Source: Carpediemonas membranifera BICM
Lineage: Eukaryota; Protista; Fornicata
DNA length: 64,000 bases
NCBI GenBank assembly: GCA_019828565.1
Contig: JAHDYR010000007.1
Location: forward strand, 853,333-917,332
Direction of reading: 5' to 3'
This document shows, one piece after another, positions 29,879 through 39,508 of the stretch; the first letter of the stretch is position 1, and every line of letters starts with the position of its first letter. Under the pieces are notes generated by a model. It was given only the letters and a program-made list of their open reading frames with translations. It did not search any database and was not told where the DNA came from. The position numbers and the translations under genes are program-made.

Positions 29879-31846
29879 TCAGAAGTCGAACAGTTCATCG
29901 ACAATCCTGCCGGCCGCCGCCTCGACATCCCCGCCCTCCACGCCGACCCGCTCAGCCTCCTCATAGAGGCGCTCGATCAGGGTTGATGGGGACAGCGAAG
30001 GGCTGGCCACTGACCTTGACTCGGGACTTGACTCGGGAGTCGAGTCAGGAGTCGGGTCGCCAGAGTCGGAGTCGTCAGACTCATGTTCTGGCGCTTCATC
30101 CCCGCCTTCGTACCTTTCCTCTGCCTCGCCCTCGCTTGTCTCCCCGAACCTGACCTGCCGCACCTCCTCGTCCTCGTCCCCACTCTCATACTCGACCATC
30201 CCGACGCCAGGCGCCTCCTCCTCGGGCTCCGGGGTCTGGGGCGTTGCTGAGGCCATGAGATCAGAGGAGAGGACCTCCCACTTCTCGGCCGGGCGGGGGT
30301 CGGTGATGGCAGTAGGCCGACCGCCCGTCCGCATGACACAGGCAGGGACCTTCATGAGGGGCAGCTGCTCGAACCTGTCGGTCCCTGCAAGGTCAGAGAC
30401 ATGCTCCAGGGTCAACCGCTCAACGCACACGCCGTATTCTTTCAACTGGTCGCCCCTCGCTAATAAAGCCACGTGAACATGGGGCCGGGTCGGGTAGACC
30501 CCAAACCGCACGCGACACGACCCAACGACGTCTCTCGAGTACATGATGACAGGGTGGACGTACGCCGCGTCCATGCCGACGTCCCGGCCGTCCATGCTGA
30601 GGGGAGCGTCGTCTGGCTGGGGCCACGTCCAGTAGCGGTCATCGGCAACGATGCCGTCGTCCTGGAACTGCACTGAGGGCATGCTGTTGCGGAGAGTCGT
30701 AGACTGTGCAGCCTTAAACTGCGTCTGGTGTTCGTTACGGACAGAAAGCTCCTTCTTTGTCGCCATCAGGCTGGTCTGGACAGCAGGCGAGGCGTCTATA
30801 CCCGGCACTGGGAGTCTAGTCACCCTATGCCCCCTCTCCCCCCGTCTGTCCGAGACGTAAAGTCTGTGCCGGGCAGGCATGCACCACACGACGAGACGCA
30901 GGGCCCCCGGTGGGACCACACGGCAGGCATGGACCTCCAAGTGGTACGAGGCCCTTATCACGGCGGTAGAGTCGGGCGCACACGGGGTGCTGACCGTCGT
31001 CTCGAACAGCACGCCGGTAAACCCAGCAGGTGCCACAACCCTGGTGTCTGCCAGAAGCTGCGGGCCCGAGGCGGGCACAGGGACCTTGGACGGGTACAGC
31101 CGGGACACATGGAGCAGCGGCGTCTCGAGAGGCGTGACGATACCGGCGGCCACGAACGCCCAGGCCGCCCTGAGGGCGACAGCCTGGACTGGGGCTCTGG
31201 CAGCGGGGTCGGGGCGCTTGTGGGCATTGATTGTGTGTATGTCGTCTGTGTATCCGTACGTTCGGCTGAGGACGAGGGCGTCGCGGGTCATGGCCTCGGT
31301 GACGAAGGATTGGGCGAACAGACGAAGGGTAGAGCGCATCAGAGGGTCGAACAGCGGTCTGTTGTCAGTGGTGATGATGTCTACGACCAGCCCGAGCGCT
31401 ATTGGGGAGAGGCTATCCCTTCTCTCGCAAACAGAGACCAGTGCGGCGAGGGCGAGGTTGACGTCGGTGATCGGGAGGGTTGGGAGCGATGCGAGGTTAC
31501 GGTGGAGCAGCACTAGACCCTCTACGGTCTTTATGAAGAGCGCCTGGTCGGATTTCGTCTTGGAGAAGAACTTTCGAAGGATTTGTTGGAACGTCAGCTG
31601 GCTACGGGACGGTGTCGGCAGTGTATCGCGGTCTTTCACCTTGATCACACTCCGTTTCACTTCATTTCTAGTCTCTGGACGGATGGCGACGTCGTTCAGC
31701 CGCTTTTTGGTCTTTGCCACCTTCTTGGATGCTGCTGTTGGACCAGTGGAAGGCCGCTCAAGCGTTGCTGCCAGTGGCGCACTATGCAGGTGTAAACTGC
31801 TTGATTTGAAACTCTTCCGCGACGCTAGCTCCGCGCGCGGATCCAT
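29879..31846 (-). CDS. Hypothetical protein with acidic C-terminal tail
   Basis: 655-aa ORF. No family recognised. Confidence 0.65.
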   Translation of the reverse strand: MDPRAELASRKSFKSSSLHLHSAPLAATLERPSTGPTAASKKVAKTKKRLNDVAIRPETRNEVKRSVIKVKDRDTLPTPSRSQLTFQQILRKFFSKTKSDQALFIKTVEGLVLLHRNLASLPTLPITDVNLALAALVSVCERRDSLSPIALGLVVDIITTDNRPLFDPLMRSTLRLFAQSFVTEAMTRDALVLSRTYGYTDDIHTINAHKRPDPAARAPVQAVALRAAWAFVAAGIVTPLETPLLHVSRLYPSKVPVPASGPQLLADTRVVAPAGFTGVLFETTVSTPCAPDSTAVIRASYHLEVHACRVVPPGALRLVVWCMPARHRLYVSDRRGERGHRVTRLPVPGIDASPAVQTSLMATKKELSVRNEHQTQFKAAQSTTLRNSMPSVQFQDDGIVADDRYWTWPQPDDAPLSMDGRDVGMDAAYVHPVIMYSRDVVGSCRVRFGVYPTRPHVHVALLARGDQLKEYGVCVERLTLEHVSDLAGTDRFEQLPLMKVPACVMRTGGRPTAITDPRPAEKWEVLSSDLMASATPQTPEPEEEAPGVGMVEYESGDEDEEVRQVRFGETSEGEAEERYEGGDEAPEHESDDSDSGDPTPDSTPESSPESRSVASPSLSPSTLIERLYEEAERVGVEGGDVEAAAGRIVDELFDF

Positions 31847-31994
31847 TCACACGATTTTCGAATGATTTCTTGCTTAAAGTGCTCAGCACGGAAGAAGGCA
31901 GCGTGAGCCGACCCTGACGGCATCAGAGCTTCTTATGTTGTCGGACGATGTACGCCGCTGTTGTATTTAGACAATCACACGGTAGCAAAGCTGC

Positions 31995-34208
31995 TCAGTA
32001 GGTCCGCGCCCGACGCCCGCCCCCGAACTTGCGATCCTGCTTCTGCTGGTAGATCTCGCTGACACTGACCGTCGACTGAGTCCTCACCCCCGCCTCGCTG
32101 CCCCACATTGCTACGAGCGTGACCTTCTCGTACAGAGTGTGGATGTCAGCCTCGTTTGGCCCCACCACCTCGACCAGGCCGTCGCAGTCGTAGTTATACG
32201 GCAGCTTCAACACCACAAGCTCAACGCCCTTTGAATAAATCAAATCCCGGCAGACCTGGTCGAGGGGGAGGGTCGACCCGTCGTCGGTTATAAATCCAAG
32301 AGCAGACACGGGGATGGTGCTGAGCTTGCTGTAGTCGTCCCCGCCCCACGGCGGGTCGGCAAAGACGATAGAATGACGAGGGATGTGGTAGGAGAGGAAG
32401 TTGCCGTTGACGGCCTCGGCCTTGACGTCGTAAAGCGCCAGGTTCTCCTTCAGACACTGGTAGCGTATGCTGTCGAGCTCAATAGACACCGTGTGGTCGA
32501 TCGGCGGGTACCTCATCTGTTCCATGGTCAACCCGAAGCCGATGGTGTTGCCCCCAAGCCCTGCCGTCGCATCCACCATCGTGCACTTGTTGTGCCGCAG
32601 CGAACGGACCATCGGCAGCAGCTCGAGCACGTAGTCGCACGTAGCCTCGGCGTACTGCGTCGCGGTGACGAACCGGAGCCCCTCACCGTCGAAGGCGATG
32701 GCGTCGCGGTCCACGCGGCGGCGGCGGGCGTCCACGGGCGGGAAGAGCCACTCCTTCTCCTGCTTGAAGCCGTGCATCACCCCAGTCTCGGATTCAATCG
32801 AATCTGCGGATCGGATCTTTGGATTTGTTAAGAGGCTGGTGTCTGCCGGTTTCTGGAGTGCCAAGTAGTAAACCATGCGCCACTGGAGCCACATTGCTGG
32901 GCGATCAGTCGGCCTCTCCTCCCACGCCACCGGCGACGATCTATTCCCCTCCCTGACGAACCTGACAGGCTCGAGCCCCACACCACGGGCCGCTTCGACG
33001 ACATCCTCTGCACTGCTGAACCAGGAGCAGGCCGTGAGGGCGTGGTGCGACCAGGGCATCTCCTGCTGCGGCCAGACCACGAGGGCGTACGCCGTGTCTT
33101 GGGCGTCGAGGAGGATGCGGTCGTCGTTGGACGAGGCGTCGTGGTCGCGGACTACCAGGATCCCACCCGGGGCGAGCCATGTGTGGGCGTTCGCTAGGAC
33201 GGTGTGCCATGCAGAGATATGGTGGAGTGTCATGGAGATTACAATCAGATCGAATCTATTATCCAGATCCGAGTGGTCGGCAGATGCTGAGGTTTGGAGG
33301 TAAGTAAAGTCTGCCGCGTTTTCCAGGGGACGCAAATCCATCCCTACAGCGTCACTGGCCTGCAGCCGATACTCATTCTTCAGCTCCTTCACCAGCGCTC
33401 CGTCGTCACAACCAATGTCTAAAACTGCGCGAGGTGACCATGGTCTAGGGGGCGTGAGCTTCCGAATGACGCCGCATATCTTCCTCGCCCTGCTGTCGGG
33501 GTAAGGCTCGGGCGCCTTCTCGACCTCCATGGGGCGAGCCTTCACCGCCCTGTCGCCATGAATGAGCGTGTGGATGGCGTCATACGCGCTTTCGTCGTCA
33601 GGGCAGGTCTCGAATAGTCTGAAGATCTCCTTGGCGGGGGTCTGCTTGCGGGCGCGGTCTGCCATCCACCGGGCGAGGAGCATCGCGTGGGTGCTGGCGT
33701 TGGCGGCCAGAGTTTTCAGCTGCATGCCGCTTGCGATGGTCGGGTTGGCCACAGGGGCATCCGCGTTGGCCGCTGGGATGGGCGCCGTCTTGAGAACGAG
33801 AAGGGTCGAGTCCCCCATGGTGATAGGGGCCGCGAGGAGGGGGAGGGCGTCGGGGATGTCTGTAGAGCGAAGTAGGACCCCGACACAGGGGTTTTGGAGC
33901 TTCTTGATGGCTTCTAGAGCAGATTCTGTCAAGTTGGACGTGCAGAGGAGCACAGAACAGGGCGGCTTGTCCTCTACAACAAAGGATTTCAACGTAGTGA
34001 CGTCGCATTCACTGTACTGATGGATCTTCTGCCATTGTGCTGTCTCGCTCACGCCCAGCATGCCTTCAATATCGACTGGCTTCACCATTGTCCCCTCAAG
34101 CTCTGCAACAATGAGCTCGTGGATGTTCTCGGGTATTTGGTACAAGCGGAGGTCAAATATGCGGTCTCGCGCGATGGAAAACTTGATTAATGAATCAACA
34201 AGGCTCAT
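31995..34208 (-). CDS. Tandem SAM-methyltransferase protein: class I MTase plus Tgs-type RNA cap guanine-N2 MTase
   Basis: Domain 1: VLDIGCDDG...FDLIVISMTLHHI...LAPGGILVVRDHD. Domain 2: VDATAGLGGNTI...SIELD...NLALY...FADPPWGG.DY...LKLP.N. Confidence 0.8.
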   Translation of the reverse strand: MSLVDSLIKFSIARDRIFDLRLYQIPENIHELIVAELEGTMVKPVDIEGMLGVSETAQWQKIHQYSECDVTTLKSFVVEDKPPCSVLLCTSNLTESALEAIKKLQNPCVGVLLRSTDIPDALPLLAAPITMGDSTLLVLKTAPIPAANADAPVANPTIASGMQLKTLAANASTHAMLLARWMADRARKQTPAKEIFRLFETCPDDESAYDAIHTLIHGDRAVKARPMEVEKAPEPYPDSRARKICGVIRKLTPPRPWSPRAVLDIGCDDGALVKELKNEYRLQASDAVGMDLRPLENAADFTYLQTSASADHSDLDNRFDLIVISMTLHHISAWHTVLANAHTWLAPGGILVVRDHDASSNDDRILLDAQDTAYALVVWPQQEMPWSHHALTACSWFSSAEDVVEAARGVGLEPVRFVREGNRSSPVAWEERPTDRPAMWLQWRMVYYLALQKPADTSLLTNPKIRSADSIESETGVMHGFKQEKEWLFPPVDARRRRVDRDAIAFDGEGLRFVTATQYAEATCDYVLELLPMVRSLRHNKCTMVDATAGLGGNTIGFGLTMEQMRYPPIDHTVSIELDSIRYQCLKENLALYDVKAEAVNGNFLSYHIPRHSIVFADPPWGGDDYSKLSTIPVSALGFITDDGSTLPLDQVCRDLIYSKGVELVVLKLPYNYDCDGLVEVVGPNEADIHTLYEKVTLVAMWGSEAGVRTQSTVSVSEIYQQKQDRKFGGGRRARTY

Positions 34209-34652
34209 CGAGGGAATGGGAGGGCTATCCTGCGGGACGGAGCAGATGCAGGTTGTATGGCGTGACTGTGCTTGGCGAGGCTCTTGCGGGATATTTGAGT
34301 GCCCATTTTGTCAGGGTCTGACCCTTTTCAAGTCTAACAAAGAGAAGGCTGTGGGTTGTTATTTGAAGACGAAAACACGCGGCCAGTGATGATATTGTGG
34401 CTAGTAAAGATCATTTCTTGACTCCTTGGGGTCGATCGTATGTCATGCCTTAAAGTGCGTCGATAGAACTCGCAGGGAATCACTTCCAGCGGCCAAAAAA
34501 CTTGCCGAGGGTGGCTAATCGTGATTTCTGAATATCGATAGCTTCTTTTTGTGGTTATAAATCCTCCAGATCCTTTGCTTTCCTTGTCGTCGACACCCTT
34601 GTGTCAACATGTTGAAAAAAAGAATTGGCGAGAAGCCTCGTTGTCCTCTGAA

Positions 34653-35570
34653 ATGTCCGCTCGCGAACGCAAGGAACAGTACTTCGTCAAGCTCACCGAG
34701 CTTGTCCGTACCTATAACAAGATCATCCTTGTTAAGGCTGATAACGTGGGTTCCAGCCAGCTCCACGCCGTCCGCCAGGCTCTCCGCGGCAAGGCCGAGG
34801 TTCTCTTCGGCAAGAACACTCGCATCGTCAAGTGCATCCGTACTCTTGAGAACGAGAACGAGAAGATCCAGGAGCTCGTCCCTCACATCAAGGGCAACGT
34901 CGGTCTCGTTTTCACCAACGGTGACCTCAAGGAGATCAAGGACATCATCGAGGCCAACCGCCGTGAGGCTCCCGCCCGTGTCGGTGCCATCGCCCCCGTC
35001 GATGTCATCGTCCCCGCTCAGAACACCTCCCTTGAGCCCACCCAGACCTCCTTCCTCCAGGCCCTCAACATCGCCTCCAAGATCACCCGTGGTACCATCG
35101 AGATCCTCAACGACGTCCACCTCATCAAGGCTGGCGACAAGGTCGGTGCCTCCGAGTCTGCCCTCCTCCAGAAGCTCGACATGCGTCCTTTCTTCTACTC
35201 TCTCGAGATCGCGACCGTCTACGACGATGGCCAGATCTTCGACGCTGCTATCCTCAACATCACCGACGAGACCTTCGAGGGCTTCATGGCCGCTGGTATC
35301 AAGAACATCGCCTCCGTCTCCCTTGCTGCCAACATCCCCACCATCGCCGCTGTGCCCCACCTCTTCATCAACGGCTACAAGAAGGTCCTCTCCGTCGCTG
35401 TCGCCACCGAGGTCACCTTCCCCCTCGCCCAGGCCGCCAAGGACTTCATCGCCGATCCTTCCAAGTTCGCCGTCGCCGCTGCCCCCGCTGCTGAGGAGGC
35501 TGCTCCCGCTGCCGCCGCCGAGTCTGAGTCTGAGAGCGACTCCGACATGGGCTTCGATCTTTTCGGTTAA
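34653..35570 (+). CDS. RPLP0: 60S acidic ribosomal protein P0 (uL10)
   Basis: Motifs ADNVGSSQL, GKNT, IKGNVGLVFT and APARVGAIAP, with C-terminal SDSDMGFDLFG and strongly biased codons. Confidence 0.98.
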   Translation: MSARERKEQYFVKLTELVRTYNKIILVKADNVGSSQLHAVRQALRGKAEVLFGKNTRIVKCIRTLENENEKIQELVPHIKGNVGLVFTNGDLKEIKDIIEANRREAPARVGAIAPVDVIVPAQNTSLEPTQTSFLQALNIASKITRGTIEILNDVHLIKAGDKVGASESALLQKLDMRPFFYSLEIATVYDDGQIFDAAILNITDETFEGFMAAGIKNIASVSLAANIPTIAAVPHLFINGYKKVLSVAVATEVTFPLAQAAKDFIADPSKFAVAAAPAAEEAAPAAAAESESESDSDMGFDLFG

Positions 35571-35733
35571 TTCGGTAAAATCTTCGTCTGTTGCGAGTGC
35601 TGACTGAAGTATTAGCAGTTTATTTTACTTCAGTTCGGCATTGGCGCTCATCATGTAACGCTTAATCAGCTGATGACTGACCCACGTCGACTTCAACAAT
35701 GATCACAAATGCGACCACACTAATTTAAACTTA

Positions 35734-38721
35734 CTAAAGATCGTCCTCACCATCCACATAGGGCTGCGGAGGCTCCAGCTCCATCTCACTAAAGATCGAG
35801 CTCCCAAAGTACTCGGCAACAACCGAAAACGGCGAGGGGTCGTTCTGCAGCTTCTTATCGAACCCCATAAAGTCGACGATCTTCTTCCTCATCACCTCCT
35901 GCTCCTTGTTCAGCGCGGCCATCTCCCCAGAGCACTTGTAGCACCTGTCGTCGGCCGTCAGACAGTCGGCGTGGTACGAGTGGCCGCATGAAAAGTGGAC
36001 AATCTGTCCAGTCAGCTGCTTGTGGCACGAGTCGCACTCCTGTGACCGGTAGACTCTGACACCCTTGCACAGGCGGACGTCCTCGCTGACCTTGTCGATG
36101 TCCGTCTCGAGCTTTCGTATCTCCTCTGTGTTCTCCGCGATGATGGACTCCTGCGCCTTCATCTTCTCGATCAGATAAGCGCCCAGGTCGCACAGCAGAC
36201 AGTCTGTCTGGGCTAGGGCGTCGACCACCTCGAGAGGGGTCATCACAGACTCCATCTGATCGAGATACTGGGCCAACAGACTCGGGCCCTTCTCCCCGGC
36301 GTGCTCTGCGGAGTACTTGGCCACGTGCGGTAGGAGAGTGCGGGCGACAGTCTGCCGGTCGACCGGGGTGACCGTCTCGTCGCCAGAGAACTTGTTGAAC
36401 TCTAACACGGCCTCTGGGATGTTCCCCGAGGCGATGTGGTAGCGGACGATCTCGCTGAGATGCCGGCTAAGATGGAGGATGCCGCGACGGAACTGGTGGA
36501 TGTGGCAAGTCACGAGAGCACGCTGACGGTCAGGCCCAGATTCTGGTTGGTCGAGATATCCAAGGAGATCTGATTCGACCGCAGCCTTGGCCTTAGGGTC
36601 AGCCTCCGGGTCCTTGTCAAGCTCGGCCCAAGTTGTCATTTTCAACTCAAACAGAGTCGTCCACACATCGACTGGACACGCGTCGAGCTTGACAATCTCA
36701 GTCAACAAGTCAGTCAGTAGTGCGGGGTGGTTGATGTAGAGCGGGAACACGCTGTGGATCGAGTGGCTCGTGGCGTAGTCGAGGTTGTCGCTGTCCTCGA
36801 TGGTCAGGCTAACCGTCTTCTTACGGCAGTGACGGACGATGAGGTCGTTCAGGTCGCCCGACGCCTGCTTGTCTTCGAGAAGCACGGCGGCATGCTCCTG
36901 GATGAGTTCGAATAGGGTTTCCCAGCTGACCACCTTTGTCATCGTCTCGACGGCCTGGGTCAGTTGATGATCTCCGACTTGGATTCGAGTCACCCAGTCG
37001 AGTCGACCCGCCATGTTGGCGATGCGGCTGGCAGTCTCGATGGCCTTGGCCGTGCCCCGGTTGTGGCAGTACACGATGATCGACTCGACGTCGAGTGTTG
37101 TCAGGTCGAGCGCCTTGCCTCGGCCTGAGCCAAAGATGAAGGAGCGGAGCTCGTCAACGCCGCTGTCAGCTGGATCGGCCCCGTGCTTGCCGCGCTTCTT
37201 AGTGAAGCAGTTGAGGAGCAGTCTGGTGTGATGCGATGTGTGAAGTCCCACGCGATGCAGCGCCTTGAGATAATCAGTCAGCCACTGCACATTTGACGAG
37301 TTCAAAAGCTTGTCGATGACGTACGAGGGCTCGACGCCGTGCCCGATGGTCTGCTTGTAGTAGTTCACGGCGTTCTCGGGGTCGCCCTTCAACCAGAGGT
37401 AGTCGGCGTAGTCACGTCGGATCGACGAGATGTAGTCCTCGTCCCGCCCTTCGTTCGACGCCAGCTTGATCGCCGTGGCATACTGGTTCTTCGCATAGAG
37501 GCCCTCGAGCTTCCGCTGCGTGTCAATCTCGGTGACACAGTGGACGTTGCCGTCCGCGGTCAGTGTGTAGAGCGAGTTCCCGTCGGCCACGACGTCGATT
37601 ATGCCGCAGTTGTGTGTATGCTGGAAAGTGATGATTTTCTCAGTATGGTCAACGACTGTCAAAGTCACCATCTGAGTTGCGGGCATGACTTCCTCGAAAT
37701 GCTCCATATCCTCCCGCTCGCCGAGCTCCGAGACGTTGGCGATGTCTGGGGATACGAGGACGAAGCAGCCCTTGAACGAGCTGACGATGAAGTGGCCTTG
37801 GTCCGTCGGGGTCGGGAAGAAGAAGTCGGGCCGGTAGTAGGTGTAGATCGCTGACGGCTCGGCTGCAGCGTAGCCTTCGATGCCGAACATCTCGACTGTG
37901 CCGTCTGCCGCGGCGATGCGGGGTGGGACTCGGGCCGCGCATCTGATGGGGACGCCCTTCTTGCCCTCGTCCATGACGTGGGTCAGGCGGGAGTCTGCGT
38001 CTCCTAGCTGGATCCTGCCGCCCGACAGGAAGGCCACGAGGACGGCGCCGCGGCCAAAGGTGCGGGTGTTGTCGTCAAAGAACTTCTGCACTGCCGAGTG
38101 GGGGGAGGCGGCTGAGCAGGTGGTCAGGAACAGCTTGTTCTTGGCTGTGTGAGACCAGGAGACGTTGGTGACGGCGTGCGCCTCCCCGTCGACGCCGTGC
38201 ATGTTAAGGTGGGAGATGTGCGGGTTGGGGGAGGTCACGTCTGTCACTACGACGAGAGTGGCGGAGGAGAAGCCCACGGCGACGTGCGTGTGGTCGGGGT
38301 GCACGCTGAAGCAAAGGGCTCGGCATTCGCGGCCAGGCGCGGCGATCTCACGGGGGATGATGATGGGTCTGCTCGCTCTGGCGGCGGCTGTGTTCTTCAG
38401 GATCGTGTTGACACGGATAGCGCGGATCACGAAGTGCTCCTGCTCCTCAATTGTGTTGATGCCAATGCAGACAAGCAGGTTGTTGCGGCTGCGGGTCACC
38501 AGCTTCACACTGAGCGTTATTGTGTCGAACACATCATCAACCGCCCATTCAAAGTGCTCATCAGCGACGAACACGTTCCCTTTGTCATCGCCCACCGCAA
38601 AGAGCCCTGTACTGACGTGAAAACAGGTAATTTTGCCCGCATGTTGGGGAACTTGCGGATGATTGCAGAATGTGGAGGCGGGCGTCCGTTCTAAAAAGTT
38701 GAACCTTTTGTATTGGAACAT
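35734..38721 (-). CDS. VPS11: Vacuolar protein sorting 11 (HOPS/CORVET)
   Basis: Starts MFQYKRFNF, followed by a beta-propeller region. Also has KNQY..AI.LA, YADYL..KGD...A...Y..TIG..EPSYVI, HT.LLLNC.TK, a C-terminal RING and FSVVAEYFG. Confidence 0.92.
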   Translation of the reverse strand: MFQYKRFNFLERTPASTFCNHPQVPQHAGKITCFHVSTGLFAVGDDKGNVFVADEHFEWAVDDVFDTITLSVKLVTRSRNNLLVCIGINTIEEQEHFVIRAIRVNTILKNTAAARASRPIIIPREIAAPGRECRALCFSVHPDHTHVAVGFSSATLVVVTDVTSPNPHISHLNMHGVDGEAHAVTNVSWSHTAKNKLFLTTCSAASPHSAVQKFFDDNTRTFGRGAVLVAFLSGGRIQLGDADSRLTHVMDEGKKGVPIRCAARVPPRIAAADGTVEMFGIEGYAAAEPSAIYTYYRPDFFFPTPTDQGHFIVSSFKGCFVLVSPDIANVSELGEREDMEHFEEVMPATQMVTLTVVDHTEKIITFQHTHNCGIIDVVADGNSLYTLTADGNVHCVTEIDTQRKLEGLYAKNQYATAIKLASNEGRDEDYISSIRRDYADYLWLKGDPENAVNYYKQTIGHGVEPSYVIDKLLNSSNVQWLTDYLKALHRVGLHTSHHTRLLLNCFTKKRGKHGADPADSGVDELRSFIFGSGRGKALDLTTLDVESIIVYCHNRGTAKAIETASRIANMAGRLDWVTRIQVGDHQLTQAVETMTKVVSWETLFELIQEHAAVLLEDKQASGDLNDLIVRHCRKKTVSLTIEDSDNLDYATSHSIHSVFPLYINHPALLTDLLTEIVKLDACPVDVWTTLFELKMTTWAELDKDPEADPKAKAAVESDLLGYLDQPESGPDRQRALVTCHIHQFRRGILHLSRHLSEIVRYHIASGNIPEAVLEFNKFSGDETVTPVDRQTVARTLLPHVAKYSAEHAGEKGPSLLAQYLDQMESVMTPLEVVDALAQTDCLLCDLGAYLIEKMKAQESIIAENTEEIRKLETDIDKVSEDVRLCKGVRVYRSQECDSCHKQLTGQIVHFSCGHSYHADCLTADDRCYKCSGEMAALNKEQEVMRKKIVDFMGFDKKLQNDPSPFSVVAEYFGSSIFSEMELEPPQPYVDGEDDL

Positions 38722-39508
38722 TACCCTCAAGCCAATTCGACTTTCGGCGACATAAACTGCACCATGTTCATAAGTCAAGCATGTGGGGGTTCCCGTGCGT
38801 ATTCTTGGACAACCGACTGAAATGAACCCATCCCTTCAACTGAGATGATCAACTATTTCCCATTTCCGTTGTGTCCGATATTCGAAGAATTCTGATGATT
38901 CAGCACCCCGTGGCACGTCAATCATGGTGTTCTCCTCAAGTTCACATGTTTAACGACTATTAAACCCATTCCAAGGGTGAGTCAACCCAACTCAGGAGGG
39001 GTGTGACTTGGATGGAGTCGAAGCATCGTCTGCGGAAGAAAGAAGCCTGTGGAAGCATGTCGAGGCTGCTCGCGTCAAAGGAAGCCAGTCATCGAGTGGC
39101 AAGCCTCTGTGCTCGTTCAACTCGGGTCTCCATGGCCTGCTGAATGGGGGCAGTTTCCCAGGGCTTCACCATACCGTACCGTATCATTGCCGCATGCCAG
39201 AAGTTCTTTCACCCGGTTGGGTGATAATGAGTTCAATGTCGACATACCGCACGAATACTCACATTTAAAAACGCTTTTCGCTCAGATTTGACTTATCTTG
39301 ACCACTGGGTCGAGACGAATCTTCTTCTTTATGGATCTAGACCAAATCATCGACAAAAAGGACATACGCAGGTGTTATGCACCATTCCCATGTTGTTCCC
39401 AATCCATTCGAGACATGAAAGGCAGTCGACCGTCAGGTCCCACGAGATCTTGAAAGATTCTGCCCTGACAGAAAACCAAAGCACTGCCGTGGAGATCAAT
39501 AGAACGCA

